64,000 bases of DNA, from the IMG/VR virus record IMGVR_UViG_3300009370_001552, positions 13,341 to 77,340 of that record; one strand, given 5' to 3'. Position 1 is the stretch's first letter. Every line of letters starts with the position of its first letter. This DNA is from a virus (Duplodnaviria; Caudoviricetes). This document shows, in pieces, positions 56,433-64,000 of the stretch. The position numbers and the translations under genes are program-made. The notes beneath the pieces are model-generated. The model had not been told where the DNA came from. It was given only the letters and a program-made list of their open reading frames with translations, and searched no databases.

Positions 56433-57695
56433 TCAATTTTTTTTAAAATCAATCATATCATTATAATTTATACCATATTTTATTTTCACATCAAATTTAT
56501 CATTTTCTAATATATTCTTAATGTCTAAAATAAATTCCTTCCCATCGGATAAATTCACATCAAATAAAAATGCATCATATGTATATAATATGAATTTACT
56601 ATTATAATTTTTCATTATATTTCTCAACTCACTCATAACAATAGATCCATATTCAAATTCAGAGGATTGTAAAAAATAATTAAATAATTTATTCCTATTC
56701 ATATCACGTAAATTTTTTCTGTAAAACTTCCTATTAAAAATTACAGTATTAATATAACCATGTAACTTATACTCTTTCCACATATCATTTATAAAATCAA
56801 TAACTAACTTAAAAAATGGATTTGATTCTATAACCTCTATTGGTGTGTGTCCATATAAGTATTGAAAAGTTAAAGTTTTACTTTCTTCTCTATCAACTCC
56901 ATAGTATTTTCCTAAGTGTTCATATACATCACCACTAAATTTATACCCAACTATATCTGCAATTATTGACGGGTGGTATGCTGAATAATCATACTCTACT
57001 AATATACCATTTTGGAATCTACTGGTAAATGGTTCTCTTGATCCATCCGACTTATTTAGTGCTGCAAAGTTAATCCCACCAAATCTATTAGATGGACGAC
57101 CAGTAGAAGTGTAAGGATTATATTCACTATAAACAATTTCATTATTATAATTAAGTCCTGATGATTCTATAAATGTAAGATTATCTATAAGATCATTATT
57201 ATAATTTTTGTTTATTACATTTTCCTTATATGATTCCAACTTGTTTACTAACTCTCTGTTATACCCCAAATGCTGAAGAATAGGGATAATCCTGTTGATG
57301 TTTTTATGTTTATAGTATTTTCTGTGAAAGTAGTCGTGGGAAGGTGTAGTAATTTCAGTAATATCTAAAGGGATATTATGATCCATATAATAATTCATAT
57401 TTAAGTCTATCACATTTTTTAAGGGCAAAACATGGTTCAACTCTTTCTTATTATATGTGTATTTTACTGTATCTGTGTTTAATTGAGTAAGTAAAGATTT
57501 ATTAAGATTGACTGCCTCACTATGATTGAATGGAAGAATGTAATCTTCATCTTCAATTTTTACATATAAGAGACATAATGAATTATCAAGTGGATGATTA
57601 TTTACATCATCTAATACAGGTATTATTATACAACTTGACTTCTCATATTTTTCTATAAATCTACTAAACTCATTCTGAGTCTCTATTATAACCAT
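56433..57695 (-). CDS. Short family A DNA polymerase-like protein
   Basis: TSTGRPS, EYDYSAYHP (A), R..SK..TFQYLYG (B), NYFLQS, LYTYDAFLFD (C). Confidence 0.8.
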   Translation of the reverse strand: MVIIETQNEFSRFIEKYEKSSCIIIPVLDDVNNHPLDNSLCLLYVKIEDEDYILPFNHSEAVNLNKSLLTQLNTDTVKYTYNKKELNHVLPLKNVIDLNMNYYMDHNIPLDITEITTPSHDYFHRKYYKHKNINRIIPILQHLGYNRELVNKLESYKENVINKNYNNDLIDNLTFIESSGLNYNNEIVYSEYNPYTSTGRPSNRFGGINFAALNKSDGSREPFTSRFQNGILVEYDYSAYHPSIIADIVGYKFSGDVYEHLGKYYGVDREESKTLTFQYLYGHTPIEVIESNPFFKLVIDFINDMWKEYKLHGYINTVIFNRKFYRKNLRDMNRNKLFNYFLQSSEFEYGSIVMSELRNIMKNYNSKFILYTYDAFLFDVNLSDGKEFILDIKNILENDKFDVKIKYGINYNDMIDFKKN

Positions 57696-57888
57696 TTTTT
57701 CTTATTCTTCGTCTAACTATTCTATGTCGCCAATAACCAAGTGTCCACCCAATAAGTAGTAAAACTGCTATTGAAAATCCAATAAAATTAAATTGTTCTG
57801 CTTCTAATACTTTCCACATGAATAATATAGCAGTAGCAAATTGAATGCAAAACTGTGCCATATTTATTCGTTTTAATTTATTTTTCAT
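57670..57888 (-). CDS. Small 2-TM membrane protein
   Basis: Two hydrophobic segments and a basic C-tail. Confidence 0.55.
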   Translation of the reverse strand: MKNKLKRINMAQFCIQFATAILFMWKVLEAEQFNFIGFSIAVLLLIGWTLGYWRHRIVRRRIRKNGYNRDSE

Positions 57889-58576
57889 TCCAATATACCT
57901 CTGACCAGATTTTCATTGTTTCGGGGTAAATGTCCATCATTAAGTCTTTCATTACTATTGCATATTCTCTAATTTCCCATTGAGCATGATCGTGGTCTCG
58001 TAATTCTATGAAATTTGTAATAGACTGGAACGACATGGTCCAATACACCTCCGTATATTGTGAGAGTGGCATTATTATTCGTGCCTGTTCTCTTGCCATT
58101 CCTGTAGCTAACATTGAATCATAAGTCCGTTCTACATTACTTAAAAATTCTCTATATAACTGATCCATCCTACTTTGCTGTAAGTCATCTAATACACCAT
58201 CACTTGCTTGTTTATTATCATCTGATTGTGCTCTCCACACTTCTGGAATATAAAATTCCGTAACCTTTGTATATCTACCAGATATTTCATTGAATGGCAT
58301 ATCTTTGGTTGCATAATGTGATGTGGATTCTATTCCAACTAAATGTTTAAAGAGTTGGCGGAGAACTACCTCCGGGGCCTTAATGTGGAATTGAACTTGT
58401 AAATGTCTGAATGGACTAAAGTGTTTATTCTTTGCCAAATATCTAACAAGTCTTTCATCATTCTTGTCCCATTTATCTTTTCTATTACCGAATGATACTC
58501 TTGCAGAATTTGCAACAGTTAAATCATTTCCTAATGTATCTATAACCTCTATAAAACCTTTATCTAATACTTTCAT
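57878..58576 (-). CDS. thyX: FAD-dependent thymidylate synthase
   Basis: ANSARVSF, HFSPFRH, RQLFKH, NEISGRY, AREQAR..P, ELR...HAQWEIR. Confidence 0.93.
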   Translation of the reverse strand: MKVLDKGFIEVIDTLGNDLTVANSARVSFGNRKDKWDKNDERLVRYLAKNKHFSPFRHLQVQFHIKAPEVVLRQLFKHLVGIESTSHYATKDMPFNEISGRYTKVTEFYIPEVWRAQSDDNKQASDGVLDDLQQSRMDQLYREFLSNVERTYDSMLATGMAREQARIIMPLSQYTEVYWTMSFQSITNFIELRDHDHAQWEIREYAIVMKDLMMDIYPETMKIWSEVYWNEK

Positions 58577-58599
58577 AAATTTATAACCTTTGTTTAATT

Positions 58600-58609
58600 A
58601 TATATATCA
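58600..58609 (-). promoter_or_regulatory. Putative phage promoter motif TGATATATAT
   Basis: Upstream of thyX. Confidence 0.45.
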
Positions 58610-58614
58610 AATAA

Positions 58615-59190
58615 TTATTTTAAATTACTTAATTTTTTTTGTTGTTCTTCTTCTGGTGCTAATTTTGGACCTTCATAAAACTCTAATGGATCTACATAAT
58701 TTATAATACCACGTAATGTTTTATCTGCTTCTTCTAATGCTTTATTGTTCTTCAATAATATATTTTCTTTTGATCCTTGTAATTGCCATTCTATTGAAAC
58801 TTTATCATAAAAATTTGTTTCAAGACCGAAACTTGATTTAGATATTTCAAATATTTCACCACTCGTATCTAATTTGTATTGTGCAAAGTATCTGGTAATG
58901 AATTGTTTCTTTTTCATTACTTTGGTTAGTGTTATTTGATGTGGTTTTAGGTAGTGTTCTCTGATAAGTGATCCTTTTGAGTTTTTATATCTACTAAACA
59001 ATGTTGGATTTTTAACTCTAAATAATCCATTTCCTCTCATATCTGTATAAATTTCAGTTTTATCAGTAGTATAGTAAATTTTATATGACTTGCCATCTTT
59101 AAATGGTATAAAATTTTCACCATCTATATAATAAAATTCAAATTTCTCTGATATTTGTGTTATATACTTACTAACTCTTTCTATTAACAT
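58615..59190 (-). CDS. Hypothetical phage protein
   Basis: Start moved to ATG 59190 (MLIERV), with AGGA upstream. Confidence 0.55.
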   Translation of the reverse strand: MLIERVSKYITQISEKFEFYYIDGENFIPFKDGKSYKIYYTTDKTEIYTDMRGNGLFRVKNPTLFSRYKNSKGSLIREHYLKPHQITLTKVMKKKQFITRYFAQYKLDTSGEIFEISKSSFGLETNFYDKVSIEWQLQGSKENILLKNNKALEEADKTLRGIINYVDPLEFYEGPKLAPEEEQQKKLSNLK

Positions 59191-59201
59191 GATAATCTTT
59201 C

Positions 59202-62200
59202 CTATCTTGGAAATGTCCAACCAGCTTGAACTTTTTTTGGATCACCATTCCAATTATATCTTGACTTTAAATTATCTTCTATAACAGATTTATCTACTCC
59301 TAATGCAGATGCCATTCCAGATATAGTACCATAATAATTAGTTCCGGGCTCTCCATATCCAAATTTTGCTGGGATCATATCTTTTAATCCAGATGATGCA
59401 AGTGTTTCATCAGATATATTAGATATAGAGGGCTGCAATAGTGGTCCAATAAAATCAGTTTCATGTTGATTATTATCCAATACTAAATCATCATTTGGTG
59501 CCAGTACTGTGCCATATCCGACTTGATTTTCTTTGATTTCGTCACCATTCATAATAGCACCCACAGGGTCACCATACACAAGTTTATTCATTTCTTTTTC
59601 TTGTTTAATTTTTTCATTATGTAATTTTCCCTGTTCCGTTTTATCAAAAGCCTCTTTAGTAAGTACCCCAATTCCTTCTGGTTGAACATCTCCACCTTTT
59701 TCTTTATTATCATCATTTACCGATTTTGCTCGTATCTGTCCTTTGATTGAAGTAGTCCAACCACTACTATCTATTTTATGTCCAACCCCTACCATTTGAA
59801 ATAGTGCTTCTTCTTTATATCGTTGTGATAAATATGAACTATGAAATGAATTTCCTGGAAACATTCCACCAGTTCCATCTATTTCCAATTCAAATTCTAT
59901 TGGGATTAATGGTTGGATTTTTTTACTTATACCATCACCATCACCACGCATAAATGATTGTAATATCAATAATACAGGTTTTTCTATTATAATACTTTGA
60001 AGTCGACTTGTCCCATCACTTTTGTACATATATAAAAATTTATAATTTCCATTTATTTCTTTTTTCTCAAATAAATCAATCATTTTTTTACCGTAACCTT
60101 CATTTAACATTTTTATATCATCTACACTCTTTACTTCTTCAGTTTCACGTTCTATCAATTTAATTTTGGATTGAAGCTCTTTTTTTGCCTTCTCTTTCAT
60201 AATATCCATAATACTATCGTTAATAACAATACCATCCCCTGATATAGGTTGTGATTGTTTAGGACCATGTTGTTTCGGTAGAAGTGATGATATTATATTA
60301 CCAACATATATTTGTTTATTAATATCAGCATCCAATCTACCAAAGTTACGATTTCCAGTTCCTGGAGGTTCATATCCACCAGATAATATATCTTCAAATC
60401 GTCTTTTATCTCTTTCTTCTTTAGTCATTTCCTTTTCTTCTTTGGTCATTGACTTAACAACACGACCCCACGCTTTTGCTGCAATTATATCATAATTATC
60501 AGATGATTTTTCATTATCACTTTCTTCCTTTGGATTTGATCCATACATTGCAGCAATTTGCATTCTATCAGGAAGTTTTGCATTTATAGTTTGAGATTTT
60601 ACTATTGACCCGTCTTCCCATACTGGAAATTTATATGGTTCTAAATTTTGTTCTTGTTCTCCTTTAACCTTGTCAATAGTATATCCTTCTTCCTTAACAA
60701 TCAGTCTACTATTAGTATCATCATAGTCTAACTTAAATTTATAAACTCCACCATACTCAAATGAAAAATCATTCCATATTGTATGTACTATATCTTGAAT
60801 ATCTATTTTATCTTTTAATTTATCTTGTAAATATTTAATATTAAAATATATTTTTCTAATTTCTACACCACTATCGCCTATCATAATATTATTTATATTA
60901 TTTTTTATTTCTTCATGCATCGGGTGGTTATTTCCATCCACCATTCCCCACTTTTTTATTCCATGTGTAAATACAGGATCAGTATTCTTTGGTATTAACC
61001 ATTTATTAGTATTAGTGGTTATTAAATATATACTATCAGTAAACTTCGAGTGTACTTTTTTAATTATACTTTTACCTTCAACTATTTCTACAATAGTTTC
61101 AATGCTTCTAATTTCATTAAAAGTTTTACCTTTAGAAACGTTTGAAAAAAATCTTGTCAATACATTATCCTCAAACCAACCCCATGTAACAAAATATGGG
61201 TAGTTATCCAATTCAAAATATAATGATTCGTCATATCCACGATTTACTTCACTTACTTTATTTTCACTAATAAACAATCCCATATTTGGAATATTTCCTT
61301 TATATGCAGTAATAATTTGATTTTTTGTTTTTTTCTCGTCTATATTAATTATTTGTGATCTAAAATCGGCCATATAATCTTTAAATGTAATATAATCAGA
61401 AATAAATTCAATATCATTAATTAATTCAAATTTGTCTTCAGTAAATATTCCACCATCTTTAGTTTTCTTGGCAACAGATGAAATTGTTGAGTTCTGGAGC
61501 GATCTAAATTCATCCTGTGCATTTTGTAATAATGAAATTCCAGGTGAAAGTATAGTAGTATTACAATCAAATCCACCATTTTCATTTACAGACCAATCAA
61601 AATTTTGAATTAAACCTAACATTGCATCATAATGACCATTTTGATCAATTATGTGTTGTAAAAGTTTTTCATTTAAATCTTTAACTTCTTCCATATTATA
61701 ATTTAATGTACCATCTTCAAATAATGGGTAAGCTTGATCATTTTTTAAATCACCTATTCCAGACCAACCCCATTCTAATAAAACGGTTTTACCATGATGT
61801 AAAAAATGAGGAGTTAATCTATCTAACTGTTCCCAATCCCAACACATCCAATTTATTTCACCGGTTCGTGTTGCCCCTAATTTCATTCCACCACCTTTAT
61901 ATTCTATAGATATGTCCTTTACCCCTGCAATTGGTCTGTACGGAATACTACCTTCTTTGTAATATAGTCCTTCATAATTTATTTTATTATCACCCGTTTT
62001 CATTTCATTTGGAGCATCCACCACTCTATCACTAAACCCACTTTTCATTCTACCAACTGAATGTTCATCATCCTTATTGCCTTTATTCCAAATTCCACCA
62101 CCAAGTTCACCACCCATTAAAACTACAGCAGTATTTACCGTTCCTTGTGCTGGAGTAAATGATGTCATCTTCAACCACGGAGTTCTTGCAAACATATAGT

Positions 62201-62372
62201 TTTCTGCTGCCTTATTGGTATCACCTGTACTAATAGGAGTTCCTATTGCAAGATTTCCATCAGTCCATTCACCATCCACTTTAACTATTTGACTACCACC
62301 AGTTTTCAACATAGCAATTTTCTTATTTAAAGTATTTTGAATATTTTTACTAATCGGTGATAAAGTAATCAT
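59202..62372 (-). CDS. Large baseplate hub/tail-associated structural protein
   Basis: LLEWGWS, YDAMLGLIQNFDWS..ENGGFDC.T, IDGTGG...FQ..GV.HKIDSSGWTTSI (hub-like C-terminus); sits in tail module. Confidence 0.65.
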   Translation of the reverse strand: MITLSPISKNIQNTLNKKIAMLKTGGSQIVKVDGEWTDGNLAIGTPISTGDTNKAAENYMFARTPWLKMTSFTPAQGTVNTAVVLMGGELGGGIWNKGNKDDEHSVGRMKSGFSDRVVDAPNEMKTGDNKINYEGLYYKEGSIPYRPIAGVKDISIEYKGGGMKLGATRTGEINWMCWDWEQLDRLTPHFLHHGKTVLLEWGWSGIGDLKNDQAYPLFEDGTLNYNMEEVKDLNEKLLQHIIDQNGHYDAMLGLIQNFDWSVNENGGFDCNTTILSPGISLLQNAQDEFRSLQNSTISSVAKKTKDGGIFTEDKFELINDIEFISDYITFKDYMADFRSQIINIDEKKTKNQIITAYKGNIPNMGLFISENKVSEVNRGYDESLYFELDNYPYFVTWGWFEDNVLTRFFSNVSKGKTFNEIRSIETIVEIVEGKSIIKKVHSKFTDSIYLITTNTNKWLIPKNTDPVFTHGIKKWGMVDGNNHPMHEEIKNNINNIMIGDSGVEIRKIYFNIKYLQDKLKDKIDIQDIVHTIWNDFSFEYGGVYKFKLDYDDTNSRLIVKEEGYTIDKVKGEQEQNLEPYKFPVWEDGSIVKSQTINAKLPDRMQIAAMYGSNPKEESDNEKSSDNYDIIAAKAWGRVVKSMTKEEKEMTKEERDKRRFEDILSGGYEPPGTGNRNFGRLDADINKQIYVGNIISSLLPKQHGPKQSQPISGDGIVINDSIMDIMKEKAKKELQSKIKLIERETEEVKSVDDIKMLNEGYGKKMIDLFEKKEINGNYKFLYMYKSDGTSRLQSIIIEKPVLLILQSFMRGDGDGISKKIQPLIPIEFELEIDGTGGMFPGNSFHSSYLSQRYKEEALFQMVGVGHKIDSSGWTTSIKGQIRAKSVNDDNKEKGGDVQPEGIGVLTKEAFDKTEQGKLHNEKIKQEKEMNKLVYGDPVGAIMNGDEIKENQVGYGTVLAPNDDLVLDNNQHETDFIGPLLQPSISNISDETLASSGLKDMIPAKFGYGEPGTNYYGTISGMASALGVDKSVIEDNLKSRYNWNGDPKKVQAGWTFPR

Positions 62373-62376
62373 AACC

Positions 62377-62676
62377 TTAAAATGCCATATCTTTTAACTT
62401 ATTAAGTATTGGATCTATATCTATCGGTATTCTAAGCTGTTTATCTACATCAAAACCTATTTCTGCCCTATCTAATCCGTTTGCTTTAGCAATTATCCAC
62501 CATAACGAAACGTCTTTATAGTATTTATATGCAAGAGTATCTAATCTATCTCCAAATTTTGGATAAATGAATATATCACTATCTTTAATTGGTATAGTTG
62601 GATAAATGGTAGGTTTAAATACTCGTTTACCTTCCTTATTTATTTTTGTTTTTGTGTTATTATATCTACTTGGCAT
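62377..62676 (-). CDS. LysM-like baseplate wedge protein (gp53-like)
   Basis: GDRLDTLAYKYY.D.SLWWIIAKAN. Confidence 0.8.
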   Translation of the reverse strand: MPSRYNNTKTKINKEGKRVFKPTIYPTIPIKDSDIFIYPKFGDRLDTLAYKYYKDVSLWWIIAKANGLDRAEIGFDVDKQLRIPIDIDPILNKLKDMAF

Positions 62677-62686
62677 AATTTATTCC

Positions 62687-64000
62687 TTAATCTGAAAGTG
62701 CTGTGTTTACGCTGGTGGTGAGACCGTCAAATAGAGTTGCCATATCACCAGTTCTTGTTGGTTCTTGATTATCACTCTCAAATGTTCCCCTTGTAAGTGC
62801 ATTACCTTTTTTATCCGAAGTCCATCCCTTATCATCTAACCAATCCAATTCATAATGTTTTCCAAGTGATGATGGTAAATACTTACCAATATATGTGAAT
62901 GAACATTGACAAGTAATATGTTTTGGAAATTGTAGTCCTTCATCCATTTCCCAAGTTGAATTATCATTCACTTCTACACTTAAACTATCAAGAAACCCAG
63001 GTGTATCATTAAACATATCACCAAGTGTTAATTGTATAAAAGGTGCTATCATTCTATTTTGTGCAGTATATGTTGGATAACACAATCCGACAAGATAATT
63101 CATTTTTTCAAGTAATACTGGAAATTCTTGTTTAGTTTTCGGATATATCTCAAATGAAAAACTTATTTTTCTTTCTGTTCCTGAATACACATAAACTTGG
63201 TCTGGACGACCTATATATCTTGTTCCACTCCATTCAGGTGTAATACTATCTGATATACCACTTAATATTGCTCTAAATACAATGAATTTATTATTTACTA
63301 AATCCTTAAATTTAAATTTTATAAAATCACTAATTCCTTCTTCTTTAATATCTTTTCCATATGGATGTATATTAATTTTATCTGTTGCTATTGATTTATA
63401 GGCATTTCCTGGTGTTCCAGTTTGACCATGATTCTTTTTTATTATTCCAAGTCCTGCCCCTTCTTCTCCACCAAGGTCTGTTACTGAAGTTAATCCAGTT
63501 TGTTTTCCTGGGTCTCCTATTTGATGGGATATTTTCCCCATTTTTATTATTTCTTCTTTATATTTTTTTACTGCCTTATCTAATTCTCCTATTTCAAGTC
63601 TATCTCCTTCAAACAGCTGAAGATTTGCTTTAAGGTCTGCTACAAGACCATCAAATGTATCGCTATCATTGAAAGGATCCAAACCTTCTGTCATTTCCAT
63701 AAATGCATCAACCATTGCATCTGCATCATATTCATTTTTTCTACCATGACTTGGTAACGGTGAACTATGTGGTAAATATTTTCCACCAAGTTCTCCGTAT
63801 GACAGGGCCTTATATTTATGTATTGGATTTCCTAAAGAAGATTCACCACCTTGTGTATGAATAGGACCCATACCATGTGCCCCTCTTTGACTAAAAGTAG
63901 TTTGAGTTGGTATTTTTGGTGGTCGTCCAAATGGTGTAGATGTATTTCGCAAAGCAGTTAAACTTATATCTCCCAATCCTCCAAGATTTATAGTACTATC
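62687..64000 (-). CDS. Baseplate/tail-tube initiator-like protein (5'-truncated by window edge)
   Basis: FRA.LSGISDS..PEW....YIGR...YVYSGTERKISFSF...PF..LTLGD; frame open to the window end. Confidence 0.7.
   Translation of the reverse strand, partial: DSTINLGGLGDISLTALRNTSTPFGRPPKIPTQTTFSQRGAHGMGPIHTQGGESSLGNPIHKYKALSYGELGGKYLPHSSPLPSHGRKNEYDADAMVDAFMEMTEGLDPFNDSDTFDGLVADLKANLQLFEGDRLEIGELDKAVKKYKEEIIKMGKISHQIGDPGKQTGLTSVTDLGGEEGAGLGIIKKNHGQTGTPGNAYKSIATDKINIHPYGKDIKEEGISDFIKFKFKDLVNNKFIVFRAILSGISDSITPEWSGTRYIGRPDQVYVYSGTERKISFSFEIYPKTKQEFPVLLEKMNYLVGLCYPTYTAQNRMIAPFIQLTLGDMFNDTPGFLDSLSVEVNDNSTWEMDEGLQFPKHITCQCSFTYIGKYLPSSLGKHYELDWLDDKGWTSDKKGNALTRGTFESDNQEPTRTGDMATLFDGLTTSVNTALSD

Noticed and set aside
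1332-63633. All plus-strand ORFs in the track and short nested minus-strand ORFs
   Set aside because: They lie antisense to or inside well-supported genes, have low-complexity shadow composition and show no motifs.
1-64000. tRNA, rRNA, CRISPR arrays, IS elements
   Set aside because: No cloverleaf with T-loop/CCA, regularly spaced repeats or transposase motifs were recognised by eye; tRNAscan-SE/CRISPR finders would be needed to exclude them fully.

Overview
AT-rich segment of a large tailed dsDNA phage genome (T4-like/jumbo myovirus gene set). Every credible gene lies on the minus strand; the plus-strand ORFs in the track are antisense shadows. Read in transcription order (64000 -> 1), it contains four blocks. 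(1) The end of a baseplate/tail module. (2) A replication and nucleotide core: ThyX, a short PolA-like protein, SSB, RecA/UvsX, 5'-3' exonuclease, DNA methyltransferases, replicative helicase, class II RNR, PolB, sliding clamp and clamp loaders. (3) A long accessory region of glycosyltransferases, sulfotransferases, SGNH-like proteins, an amidinotransferase, a TonB-dependent receptor and two ClpP paralogs. (4) Further glycosyltransferases. The main signal is three fractured genes within about 11 kb, each with a Vsr-like endonuclease or its relic between the halves. nrdJ has a complete split intein. A DNA methyltransferase has only short acidic and basic tails. polB has degenerate intein-like tails, and its catalytic YIDTDS motif is interrupted by a 5-nt coding gap (ACC-UGA-CU-GAC, with a Thr landing codon ACU overlapping the stop) directly after a 14-bp hairpin, a candidate ribosomal-bypass plus homing-endonuclease cassette. 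Family assignments are from motif recognition only; no database searches were run. No tRNA, rRNA or CRISPR array was recognised.
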